The notes beneath the pieces are model-generated. The model searched no databases. It had not been told where the DNA came from and saw only the letters and a list, made by a program, of their open reading frames with translations. A stretch of 64,000 nt of DNA from the IMG/VR virus record IMGVR_UViG_2823261200_000003, positions 1 through 64,000 of that record. The stretch is one strand, 5' to 3'. Origin of the DNA: a virus (taxonomy: Duplodnaviria; Caudoviricetes). The position numbers and the translations under genes are program-made. Positions 9,261 through 18,174 of the stretch are shown piece after piece. How positions within the stretch are numbered: position 1 is the stretch's first letter; each line of letters opens with the position of its first letter.

Positions 9261-9847
9261 CCTCTACGCTTTTCTAACCATTCCGCTTTCCGTTCAAAAA
9301 TCCGCTTAATTCGCCGTAAATCTTCATCGCTATAATGCCTTGGGCGTTGATCGCTTTCGATTTCTCGCACCTTTTCGATTCCCAAACGCTCAATCAGCCC
9401 TACGCGATATTCGTGGTAATTTCCGCCCAACCATCGATTGCAGCGTTTGCATTGGCCAAAAATATTAAGCGTATAAAACCGCAAGTGCGGGGCTGAACCA
9501 CGGCTACGATAATGCCCCGCATCAAATCCCCCGCCTAATTTCTCGCTAATCAACGGCGTACCGCACGAGATACATTCCTTATTCGCATCACGAAAACGGA
9601 TATATTTATTCACCGCACTTTGTGCTTCAGCAATGAGCTGATGATGCGTTTTCAACCCCTCTTTCACCGTCCGAATTTTTGCTTTTTCCGCCCGCACTTT
9701 TTCACGCTCCGCTTTTTCACGTTGCTTGGCTTGTTTTTGCTTTGCCAGTGTTACCCCACATTCAGGGCTACACCACCCTCGAAAACTGTCATAGGTTTCA
9801 AAACGTTCACCACAGATTTTGCATTTTCGTTTAAATTTTTTTCGCAT
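9257..9847 (-). CDS. ninG: NinG/Rap recombination endonuclease
   Basis: CKIC..CSPEC, YIRFRD..CISCG, DAGHYRSRG, QCKRCN. Confidence 0.9.
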   Translation of the reverse strand: MRKKFKRKCKICGERFETYDSFRGWCSPECGVTLAKQKQAKQREKAEREKVRAEKAKIRTVKEGLKTHHQLIAEAQSAVNKYIRFRDANKECISCGTPLISEKLGGGFDAGHYRSRGSAPHLRFYTLNIFGQCKRCNRWLGGNYHEYRVGLIERLGIEKVREIESDQRPRHYSDEDLRRIKRIFERKAEWLEKRRG

Positions 9848-9922
9848 TAATAACTAAAAACCTCTTGATTTGTGTGTATGCTTGTGTATAATTAATCTTG
9901 ATTAAGACGACAAGGAGGAAGC

Positions 9923-10108
9923 ATGCACTCACGCGACTTAATCAAGGAACTTAAAAATGCCGGTTGCACGTTTGTTCGGCACGGTAAAGGCGATCACCAA
10001 ATTTGGCAGTCGCCAATTACAGGGAAAATTTTTCCCGTACCACACCCTAAGCAACACGTTGCCATCGGCACATTAAGATCCATCAAAAAATCGGCAGGGC
10101 TGTTATAG
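9923..10108 (+). CDS. hicA: HicA toxin
   Basis: GKGDH, VPHPK and GTLRSIKKSAGL. Confidence 0.95.
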   Translation: MHSRDLIKELKNAGCTFVRHGKGDHQIWQSPITGKIFPVPHPKQHVAIGTLRSIKKSAGLL

Positions 10109-10138
10109 CTCTGCCGAGCTAACCTACAAGGAGCGACT

Positions 10139-10567
10139 ATGTTATTTACTATCGGCATTGAAACCCCTGATAACGAAAATGAAGCTTACGGCATTGCCGT
10201 GCCAGTATTATTTACAGATAAATACGCTTGCATTAGTGCAGCAGATACCCTTGAAGAAATCCCTATTCAAGCTACAGACGCCATTCATTCCATCTTAGAA
10301 ATGATGTTTGAAGACGGCACAAATATCAGTGAGCTTCAAGATAAAGGCTATAAGCACTACCAAACCTTAGAAGACTTTAACTACTGCGATACTTGGTTAC
10401 TGCTTGATGTGGATATTTCCGCTTATCAAGGCAAACGCCACCGTATTAATATCAGCTTGCCCGAATATCTCATCAAACGCATTGATAGCCGTGTAGCAAG
10501 CAACCCAATTTACAAAGATCGTAGTCATTTTTTAGCCATTGCTTCACAAAAAGAGCTACGAGAATAA
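10139..10567 (+). CDS. hicB: HicB antitoxin
   Basis: YGIAVP, SAADTLEE, RINISLP..RSHFL RHH tail. Confidence 0.95.
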   Translation: MLFTIGIETPDNENEAYGIAVPVLFTDKYACISAADTLEEIPIQATDAIHSILEMMFEDGTNISELQDKGYKHYQTLEDFNYCDTWLLLDVDISAYQGKRHRINISLPEYLIKRIDSRVASNPIYKDRSHFLAIASQKELRE

Positions 10568-10637
10568 TCCCCCTACGCTTGACATTCTCCTCGGTCAAGC
10601 GTAGGACCAAATAGACCTCCGAAAAATAGAAAAATTT

Positions 10638-11096
10638 ATGAGTACGAAAACAAGCAAAGATAGAGACAAATTAACCATCTCCAAATTACAAGAAAAATTT
10701 CCCAATGCTTTTTATAATACGAAGCCATTAATACCTGAAATAGTTGATCAAATGATAGAAGCATTAGCGGATGACCCATTATCTAAATTAGTTAAATCCG
10801 CAATGCGTTACTATATGAGAACACCTAAATATCTACGCAATCTTGCTTATAAAAAATGGCTTCGAGATATAAACGGCTCTAAAGTACGTTTAATATCTAT
10901 GGAAGAACGTCAATACGCCAGAACACAACTGGAACATATAAGAAAACGTAACTCCCTTACAGATGCGGAATATCGCTTTGCTCAAGCTCTTGCAAAAGAG
11001 AGCAAAATTGATTATCAAAAAGCAATGCTATTAGAGCAACCCAATAAACAACAAAAAACACTTGTTATCATAAAAAAAACTATTGACCCTGAATAA
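10638..11096 (+). CDS. ProQ/FinO-domain RNA-binding protein
   Basis: LQEKFPNAF..KPL, AMRYYMRTPKYL and RDING match the FinO-domain pattern. Confidence 0.75.
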   Translation: MSTKTSKDRDKLTISKLQEKFPNAFYNTKPLIPEIVDQMIEALADDPLSKLVKSAMRYYMRTPKYLRNLAYKKWLRDINGSKVRLISMEERQYARTQLEHIRKRNSLTDAEYRFAQALAKESKIDYQKAMLLEQPNKQQKTLVIIKKTIDPE

Positions 11097-11247
11097 AAGT
11101 TTACCTATATTATTTACAAGGTCTCAAAACCTAAAATCGGCGGTAATCCGCAACCGAAATCCAATGCGGTTTTTTTGTATCTAGAATTTGGCGTTTCTCC
11201 TTTTTCTCAACCAATTTTAGTAAACAAAAAACGGTATATTTGCTCAA

Positions 11248-11329
11248 TGTCGAGAGGGCGAGGAATACAATACCCGAAAGGGGAATAACTCCAGCCTGAC
11301 CGAACAGGCTTTTGAGCCTCTCGACACCA
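11248..11329 (+). ncRNA. C4-type antisense RNA no. 1
   Basis: Closing stem TGTCGAGAGG/CCTCTCGACA, GAAA-loop hairpin, bulge TTTTGAG; CTCAAAA..TCGG targets upstream and over the RBS; promoter TTGACC-17-TATATT at 11083. Confidence 0.75.
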
Positions 11330-11374
11330 CTCTCAAAAGTGGAATTAATCTCAAAATAAAAATCGGAGTTTACT

Positions 11375-12007
11375 ATGTCAAACTTAACCATTCTCAACAC
11401 ATCAATTCGTACTTTGGATAACCTTTATTCCTTAAATGATCTTCATTTAGCTAGTGGAAATGATCCAAAACACCAACCGGCTTTTTTCGTTCGCTTAACT
11501 TCAACAAAAGCACTTATTGATGAAATTAACCGATCTGCAAATTCTCAGATCGCTATTAAGTCTATTCGCGGCGGTCGTAATCCATCACTACAAGGCACTT
11601 GGGTATGCCAAGAACTCGTTATCGCCTATGCTGCGTAGATCAGTGCCGCTTTTCATCTCAAAGTTATTCGTGCATTTATGGCAATTAACGGTATCAACAC
11701 ACAACCCCAACAAATCGCCTTGCCTGAGCCAGAGCCAATGATTCAAGTGCCAATGACAGAAAAAGAACTCAACCAACTCATCAACGTCTGGTTCTTATTC
11801 ACTCGCTTTGCCGAAAGCGTGCAACACTTCCTCAATAAAGTGCGTGATTTGCTCAACATCAATCTTTATCAGCACGCTGACAACGATTTACACCGCTGTA
11901 ACAAAGCCATTCAAGACACCAAACCACTCATTAAACGGCTTATACAGCTTCACCAAAAGCACAAAAACAAATCCACTGCACGCCTGCACTATCACGGCGA
12001 TTTCTAA
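11375..12007 (+). pseudogene. KilA-N antirepressor with in-frame TAG at 11636-11638
   Basis: YSLNDLH and QGTWVCQELVIAYAA*ISAAFHLKVIRAF; stop sits at the conserved Trp and the frame continues. Confidence 0.8.
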
Positions 12008-12073
12008 AAACTCCCCAAAATCCAACCGCACTTCGGTGCGGTTTTTGTTATACTTATCCACAGGGAGGACAAA

Positions 12074-12310
12074 ATGTTAAATTTATTCAAAAAACCAATT
12101 GAAATTGAAACCCTTGATGATTGGGCGAAAATTGCCGCCGACATCACCAAAGTTGCAATTTTAGCGTTTCCTGTTATTCTGTATGGAAATGATCCAATTT
12201 ATTTAAAAATCATCAACACAGTTTTACTCGTTTTTGCTGTCTATTTTGGGCTTGCTGGCACTCGCCACTTAAGACGGATAAAACTAAGTAAGAAGGAGGA
12301 AAAACAATGA
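12074..12310 (+). CDS. Small two-TM membrane protein
   Basis: GGGAGG RBS, two hydrophobic helices; homologue at 59948-60190. Confidence 0.75.
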   Translation: MLNLFKKPIEIETLDDWAKIAADITKVAILAFPVILYGNDPIYLKIINTVLLVFAVYFGLAGTRHLRRIKLSKKEEKQ

Positions 12311-12387
12311 ACCTAACCTTTGCCCTAGCAGGGTTTGCTCTAATGATGTTTCTGTTCGCGTTCTTCGTACAAAAATACATTAAATAA
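12307..12387 (+). CDS. 26-aa single-TM peptide MNLTFALAGFALMMFLFAFFVQKYIK
   Basis: AGGAGG RBS, ATGA overlap with the upstream gene, homologues at 60191 and 60341. Confidence 0.7.
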   Translation: MNLTFALAGFALMMFLFAFFVQKYIK

Positions 12388-12418
12388 TCCCCTTACCAAC
12401 CGCTCTTTTGAGCGGTTT

Positions 12419-12853
12419 TTAATACCCGTAAAACCCTTGCTTGTCGCTAAATCTCACGCCTTGCTCCGCAGCCCAAGCATCAACATAATCAATTAGACTC
12501 GCTAACCGCTTCACACCCATTTCGGCCGTGCTTTCGCGTAAGTTCAACACTTCGCCCTCTAGCCCAATCGCCATTTCAGCTTGTCCGCCCTTTGCAATGT
12601 TATGAGCGGACACCATAATCATTTTCCACGTTTCAATATCTCGCTTTTTGCCCTGAAACTCGCATTGTTTGGCAATATCGCCAAGCATTGCGTGGAGTTT
12701 TGCATTCTGTGCTAACGTACGCGTTAAGGGCTTTATTTCCACCACTAAGGGATTTTTATCATCTAAGGCAAGGGAATGTATTACCCCGATCGCATTTTGC
12801 TGTATGCGTGCATTACGCAAGAAAAAGCGTTGTTTAGTTTCCATCGCTTTCAA
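12419..12853 (-). CDS. ninB: NinB/YbcN-family recombination protein
   Basis: RTLAQNAKLHAMLGDIAKQ and LRESTAEM. Confidence 0.9.
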   Translation of the reverse strand: MKAMETKQRFFLRNARIQQNAIGVIHSLALDDKNPLVVEIKPLTRTLAQNAKLHAMLGDIAKQCEFQGKKRDIETWKMIMVSAHNIAKGGQAEMAIGLEGEVLNLRESTAEMGVKRLASLIDYVDAWAAEQGVRFSDKQGFYGY

Positions 12854-13079
12854 TCCCTAACTCATCAAGGCTAAAATACCCACAAGATTTTGTGCGATTC
12901 ACCCACACAAATTCCCCCATACGATCGTGTTTAGCTTCTTTCAGCTTCCCTTCGCAGCGGAATCTATCGTCTGAATATTCACCAATAAAAGCATTCACAG
13001 GTTGTCTATCCCATAAATCCGACAGTTCTCCACCGCACTTCGGGCATTTGTATGAGGTCATTTTCTGTAGCTCTCCCAA
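12834..13079 (-). CDS. Small Zn-ribbon protein (start probably 13061)
   Basis: CPKCG..C..C; near-identical to 60868-61098. Confidence 0.65.
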   Translation of the reverse strand: MGELQKMTSYKCPKCGGELSDLWDRQPVNAFIGEYSDDRFRCEGKLKEAKHDRMGEFVWVNRTKSCGYFSLDELGIESDGN

Positions 13080-13897
13080 TCAAAATTTATCACTGCACCT
13101 TTACCTTCCCGCATTCGATCAATGATTCTCTCACCGACATATCTGCTCAATTCATCTTCCGATAGGTTGCTGATTAAAATTGTTGGTTTCATTTGCTCAT
13201 AACGCTCATTGATGATTTCAAATAAAATAATCTTTTCCGATTCAGAGCCAAATTGAATGCCTACCTCATCAATGATAAGTAAGTCCTTATCTGTGTAGAT
13301 CTCCATTACTTCATTCTCGGTTAAAGAGGAATTTTTATCCCAAGTTGATTTTACTTTGCGGATAATTCTTAACGCTGTAGTTATCAGCACTTCGTCTTGA
13401 TGTTGTTCGATAATGTGATGAGCAATCGCACTAGCAAGATGATTTTTCCCTGTGCCAGGTTTCCCACAAAGAATTAACCCTCCGCCGACTGATTTGCGAT
13501 CTATCCATTTGGCTGCATAAGCTTCGCAAAAACGTTTAGCTTTACGGTTATATTCGGTTTCGTGATAATTACTAAAACAAGCCTGTTCAAAACGTTTGGC
13601 AATGCCAGAAGTCATTTTTAATACGTTAATGTTATGCTCACGTTCCGTTTGTTCCTGACGCGCTTTATCTGCCTCAAGTTTAAGGATTTTTTCCTTTAGG
13701 CATTCTGGGCATTGCGTTTTTGACTCAATCCCTCCCCCCATAGGAAAGTGTATTTTTCGATAAAATTGGCGATACGATCCGTGCTTTTCACAGTCACCAA
13801 TTTGTTCTTTCACTTCAGCATTTTCGACTTCAGAATTAAACCCTTCTAAAGCATTTTTCAATTCCTTTTGCAGGCCTTCTAGCGTTACTTTAAACAT
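13058..13897 (-). CDS. DnaC/IstB-like helicase loader ATPase
   Basis: GKPGTGKNHLA, LLIIDEVG, IINERY, ISNL, ERIIDRM. Confidence 0.9.
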   Translation of the reverse strand: MFKVTLEGLQKELKNALEGFNSEVENAEVKEQIGDCEKHGSYRQFYRKIHFPMGGGIESKTQCPECLKEKILKLEADKARQEQTEREHNINVLKMTSGIAKRFEQACFSNYHETEYNRKAKRFCEAYAAKWIDRKSVGGGLILCGKPGTGKNHLASAIAHHIIEQHQDEVLITTALRIIRKVKSTWDKNSSLTENEVMEIYTDKDLLIIDEVGIQFGSESEKIILFEIINERYEQMKPTILISNLSEDELSRYVGERIIDRMREGKGAVINFDWESYRK

Positions 13898-14702
13898 TAA
13901 TAAAATCCTCCGCCCATTCTGGTGTTTTGGTTTCCCCATATATTTTTTTTGCAAATCCACTGTGTGCATCTGGCTTGTTATTCAACGGATTTGGCAATGC
14001 TTTCACATTTTCAGGTTGTGAATAATCATCTTCCCAACGGCGGTTGTTCAGGTATGTTGTCGGATGTAATTTTTCAAAACCGAACTGCCCAAGTGAAAAT
14101 CGCCTGCGAATATCCAAAACGAGCATATCGGTAAACTCACGAATGGATTTACCTGATGACTTAAACGCGGTGCCAAAACTTTTTAGTGCTTTTGCACGGT
14201 TGACTTTAACCAAGCCTGCCTGCCAGAAATCGGCAAAACACAGCTCAAATTCAGATTGCTCAACCGAGCTTTTTTTATTTATTTTTTTATTGTTATTTTG
14301 AGTAGTGTTTTTATTGTTATTTTGTGTGTGAACTTTTTTCACAGGATCTTGTGAACTTTCTTCACAGGTGCTATGAACTTTTTTCACAGGTGAACTTTCT
14401 TCACTAGTGAACTTTTTACACAGGTTAGGCGTGAAAACATTCACCCCTCTTGCCCCTTTTTGGCGAGTTAATAACCCGATTTCCGTTAAACGATTGCAGG
14501 CATCAATCACTGCTCGGTTACTCAACCCTGTCACTTCCATTAGTTGGCTAATAGAAATCGCGTCATACTCTTTATTCCAGCCTTTCGTTTTACGCACGAT
14601 CACTAAGTAACATTTAAGCTCTGATCCCGTTAAATCACGAATAAGATCATCAACGACCGAATTAGGCAGTTGGAAAGAATTTGGAATAAATTGATTGCTC
14701 AT
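13890..14702 (-). CDS. Replication initiator (O-like)
   Basis: RKTKGWNK wHTH, internal iterons, [13 protein letters not shown]. Confidence 0.9.
   Translation of the reverse strand: MSNQFIPNSFQLPNSVVDDLIRDLTGSELKCYLVIVRKTKGWNKEYDAISISQLMEVTGLSNRAVIDACNRLTEIGLLTRQKGARGVNVFTPNLCKKFTSEESSPVKKVHSTCEESSQDPVKKVHTQNNNKNTTQNNNKKINKKSSVEQSEFELCFADFWQAGLVKVNRAKALKSFGTAFKSSGKSIREFTDMLVLDIRRRFSLGQFGFEKLHPTTYLNNRRWEDDYSQPENVKALPNPLNNKPDAHSGFAKKIYGETKTPEWAEDFINV
14328..14425. repeat. Origin iterons (five copies of GTGAACTTTnTTCACAGG-like) next to an AT-rich tract
   Basis: Direct repeats inside the initiator gene; A/T tract at 14269-14323. Confidence 0.8.
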
Positions 14703-15487
14703 AGCCCCACCGCCTTATCTTGTGTAAATTCACCGTTCCACGTTGCTTTCATTGGCAAATTGCCTTTCACATACCATTCATAGAGCTTTGCCGCCCCTTT
14801 CTTTAGCAACACAGGTTTATAAGCGATAAACGGCTCTTTGCCGTGCTGAGCGATTTCTGTAGTTTCCTCCGTGAGATATTGATCTCGGGCATAGGCTTTT
14901 ACTCGTTTGGCTTTCCCGTCTTGATAAAGCCAATTTTTGCCTAACAGAAACTCACCCACTTTTAACGAATTTACCCCGTTCAAGCCTTTCACAAATTCAA
15001 ATGGCGAAATCCCATTACGGAAATAGCTTTCCATTGATTCGATTTGTTCGGATTTTTGCTTGCTTTCTAACAAGGCTTGGTGTTCGCGAACTAATGCGAG
15101 TTGTTCACTTTCTTTTGCATCTGCCCAAGCCCGAGCGGCTGCCACAGGATCGTTAAAATTAGGCAAAAGTGCGGTGTTTTTTTGCTGATTTTCTAGTTCA
15201 TTTAAACGATCAATAATCTTGGCTCTTAACTCAATCCGATAGCCAGAAACTAAAATCATCGTTTCTCGTTTTGGTAAACGAATTTCACTTGTTAAACCTG
15301 TTTCAGGATTTTTAACAATAAAAATCCCTTTAAAATCAAGACTATCCATATTTGGATAGAGTTCATCAAGCATATTACGAATATCACGCATAACGTGAGC
15401 GTGTTGTTTTTCACATAATTGAGCAATTTCGCGACTGCTCATCGTAATACTTGATTTTTCTGTATTTATCGGTAATAATTCTGTCAT
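14699..15487 (-). CDS. Rha-family protein with antirepressor-type C-terminus
   Basis: [22 protein letters not shown]; C-terminus shared with 62554-63372. Confidence 0.85.
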   Translation of the reverse strand: MTELLPINTEKSSITMSSREIAQLCEKQHAHVMRDIRNMLDELYPNMDSLDFKGIFIVKNPETGLTSEIRLPKRETMILVSGYRIELRAKIIDRLNELENQQKNTALLPNFNDPVAAARAWADAKESEQLALVREHQALLESKQKSEQIESMESYFRNGISPFEFVKGLNGVNSLKVGEFLLGKNWLYQDGKAKRVKAYARDQYLTEETTEIAQHGKEPFIAYKPVLLKKGAAKLYEWYVKGNLPMKATWNGEFTQDKAVGL

Positions 15488-15537
15488 CTATGTAGCTCCT
15501 TATAGCTCTTAATTGCCACCGCGGCAACGGTGGTTTT

Positions 15538-16014
15538 TTATTGCTTAAAATTTACTTTTTTCTTACAATCCGAATTATTTTTGCAGATAGTAGGTTCGCT
15601 ATGGATATTTCCCCTATTTTCACGTCTGTCAAAACTACTCTTGATTTGCTCTCTGGTCTTGAAAGCAACGCTGTCTTGAATGAGAGAGTTGCTTTGCTCA
15701 AGGATCAAATTGAAATACTCAGATATGCTCACGAAACGGCTCAAAAAGAACTGTCCGAATATAAAGAAAAGTGTGCCGCACTTGAGAATGAAATAGCGAG
15801 TTATCGCCAAGCTGAACAATTTATCTTTGAACATGGTGCGGCGTTTAAAAAAACCTCTAGCGGGTACATCGAAGCGGTTTATTGCCCAAACTGTCTCACG
15901 GTCGCAGGAGGAAGTTTCAGCACATTCCCGTTTCAGTGTGGAAAATGTAAGTGGCGAAGCATGTTTAAGGTTTCTGAATTTAAAGGCATCTTTAAATCTC
16001 TGCCGTAAGCTCAT
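15538..16014 (-). CDS. Possible protein antisense to the Zn-ribbon gene
   Basis: GGGGAG RBS just after the stop of 16026-16466; 158 open codons. Confidence 0.35.
   Translation of the reverse strand: MSLRQRFKDAFKFRNLKHASPLTFSTLKRECAETSSCDRETVWAINRFDVPARGFFKRRTMFKDKLFSLAITRYFILKCGTLFFIFGQFFLSRFVSISEYFNLILEQSNSLIQDSVAFKTREQIKSSFDRRENRGNIHSEPTICKNNSDCKKKVNFKQ
15601..16008 (+). CDS. Coiled-coil plus Zn-ribbon protein (moron)
   Basis: MDISPIFTSVKTTLDLL, long coiled coil, YCPNC..CGKC. Confidence 0.7.
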   Translation: MDISPIFTSVKTTLDLLSGLESNAVLNERVALLKDQIEILRYAHETAQKELSEYKEKCAALENEIASYRQAEQFIFEHGAAFKKTSSGYIEAVYCPNCLTVAGGSFSTFPFQCGKCKWRSMFKVSEFKGIFKSLP

Positions 16015-16025
16015 TTTCTATCTCC

Positions 16026-16466
16026 CTATTGCTTATGAATAGCAATCGCCACTTCGATCGCTTTTGCCGTGGTCTGTTGTGATTTGTGCAATAACTTATG
16101 CAACACATCTTGCTCTTCCTGCGTCAGTACGCCGTCGCTCAAAAACTCGTTGAGCTTGGCAAATAAAATCCCACGCTCTGCCAGTTCTTGCAGTTGTAAC
16201 TGCGATAGCTCGACTAAGTCAGTTTCGTTTTCGTTCGGTACAGCAAAACTCACCTTGCCTAAACGCCGATTGATTTCATCCGACCAATTACTTACGCCAT
16301 ATTCAAGCTCAATGGCAATCAATTCTTCGCAGGTGAAACGCTGTCCTTTCGTTTGATAAAGGCGGTTATTCAATGCCTGCTCTGTCATACCAAGAAAGCC
16401 CGCAACGGCTGCTTTTCCACCTTGGCACTTTTCTATCATTTCAATAATCGTTTTCTTCATTGCCAT
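16026..16466 (-). CDS. CII-position regulator (YmfL-like)
   Basis: GGKAAVAGFLGMT..LNNRLYQTKGQRF, DGVLT; follows cro. Confidence 0.75.
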   Translation of the reverse strand: MAMKKTIIEMIEKCQGGKAAVAGFLGMTEQALNNRLYQTKGQRFTCEELIAIELEYGVSNWSDEINRRLGKVSFAVPNENETDLVELSQLQLQELAERGILFAKLNEFLSDGVLTQEEQDVLHKLLHKSQQTTAKAIEVAIAIHKQ

Positions 16467-16514
16467 AAATTCCTTGTGGATTTTGTGGTTTTGTTTTTGG
16501 GTGGAGGTGGTAAA

Positions 16515-16742
16515 TTACTTTGCAACTAACTCGGGCCATCTCGTTTCCCAATCTGGGATTAAGTCTTGCCGTGTTACAAAATGATCTGAGTGCTGTTCAA
16601 TAAGCACGCATAACTCAGCTCCAAGACGTGTGTTTTTTGAGATGGCTTTGCGTAAATAATTAACCGTCGTGTTACAGCGAGTCGCAAATTCAATTTGCTC
16701 GTGCTTTGATAATGTATTTAGGTATTTCTTTAGCTTTTCCAT
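16515..16742 (-). CDS. cro: Cro-like regulator
   Basis: Small HTH divergent from cI; VTRQDLIPDW..WPEL. Confidence 0.85.
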   Translation of the reverse strand: MEKLKKYLNTLSKHEQIEFATRCNTTVNYLRKAISKNTRLGAELCVLIEQHSDHFVTRQDLIPDWETRWPELVAK

Positions 16743-16776
16743 AAATGATCTTCAGGTGATGAAAATAGCCAAATAA

Positions 16777-16828
16777 TACCTAATGGTAAAAATAAAATCA
16801 ATACCTTTTGGTTGTTTACCTTGTGGTA
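16777..16828. promoter_or_regulatory. OR operator triplet (TACC-N4-GGTA)
   Basis: Palindromes at 16777, 16802 (one mismatch) and 16817 between cro and cI. Confidence 0.8.
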
Positions 16829-16866
16829 ATTGATATTAAAATGCAAGTTATTTTAAGGAGCTTTAA

Positions 16867-17550
16867 ATGGATAAAAGAGAACACCGAAGACAAAAACTTC
16901 AAGAGCTGATTAATGATGTTGCAAATGGCACTGTATCTGAATTTGCTAAGTTAGTAGGAAAAGAGCCGAGCTATATCTCTAGAATGCTTTATCCTGCCGA
17001 TAAACCTCAGGCTAAGCCTATTGGGGAAAAAATGATTAGCCATATTTGCAATGCATTAAATATTCCTACTAATTGGTTTGATAGCGATGACAAATTACCT
17101 CAAATACAGTCTTCTAAATATCAGATCGAATTGTTATCTGATATAGAGGCAAGTGCTGGTTATGGAGTTGTAGGCGGAGATACTTATAGTGCGGTTGAGT
17201 TAATCCAATTTTCTGAAGAACAATACACAATGCTTTTCAGTAATATCCGCTCTGAATATATAAAAATTGTTAATGTGCGGGGCGATAGTATGAGTCCAAC
17301 ATTCGAAAGCGGAGATTTGCTTTATGTTGATACTCGGATCAGGCATTATGACGGTGATGGTATTTATATTTTCATTTATTCAGGCTATCGACACGTCAAA
17401 CGCTTGCAAATGGCAGGCTCAAAATTACTCGTGCTTTCCGATAATAAAGCGTATAAAGAATGGGAAATCAATCGGTCAAATGAAGATGAATTTTTCATAG
17501 AGGGAAAAGTAATGGTTTCTCAATCTCAAGCAATTAAACGATTTGGATAA
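16867..17550 (+). CDS. cI: CI-like repressor with S24 peptidase domain
   Basis: N-terminal HTH, ASAG cleavage site, VRGDSMSP and VKRL. Confidence 0.95.
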   Translation: MDKREHRRQKLQELINDVANGTVSEFAKLVGKEPSYISRMLYPADKPQAKPIGEKMISHICNALNIPTNWFDSDDKLPQIQSSKYQIELLSDIEASAGYGVVGGDTYSAVELIQFSEEQYTMLFSNIRSEYIKIVNVRGDSMSPTFESGDLLYVDTRIRHYDGDGIYIFIYSGYRHVKRLQMAGSKLLVLSDNKAYKEWEINRSNEDEFFIEGKVMVSQSQAIKRFG

Positions 17551-17664
17551 CTTTAAGTAAGTCTGGCGTAGCGGTTGAGCATAGGAGTTATTTGTAGCAA
17601 GACGGAAGTTGAATTTTAGTAGCCAAATAAAGCTAATTAGTTTTAATTTGATAGGGATTAAATA

Positions 17665-18027
17665 ATGACAGAAACAAATATTGAAAAAGTAAAAGCACTT
17701 TTATTACAAGAACAAAGAGGAAAGATTAACAAAGAGGAGATCATTGAAGAAATTGCAATGGGGAGAAATCCATTATTAACGGCGAATGATATTGCTAATA
17801 GGCTTAGTATACCGATTGAGGTATTTCATCAATGGGTGAAAAATGCTGATCAAAACTATCAAATTCCAGCTAATTCTTTGGTTGGTATGGCTAGAAATAC
17901 AATCATCAACAGCACATTAAATCGAACAGAAACTAATAAATTTGCTAAACCCGATTTCTACATCGGAAATTATCCAAGATGGACGTTAGATACTTTTAAA
18001 ACTTGGTTAAGAGCAAATTTGAAATGA
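17665..18027 (+). CDS. AlpA/excisionase-like HTH protein
   Basis: LLTANDIANRLSI..FHQWVK..FAKPDFYIGNYPRW..WL. Confidence 0.55.
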   Translation: MTETNIEKVKALLLQEQRGKINKEEIIEEIAMGRNPLLTANDIANRLSIPIEVFHQWVKNADQNYQIPANSLVGMARNTIINSTLNRTETNKFAKPDFYIGNYPRWTLDTFKTWLRANLK

Positions 18028-18174
18028 AAAAGGCAAGGATTAACCTTGCCTTATTAGATAGGATAAACCTATCGACACTTTAACAAAAGACACTCAGGTA
18101 TAACCCTAAGGCTTCGGGACGTAGCCATCAAAGCGAATACTACTAAAAATAATAATACAGGTCAAGTAATAAAA

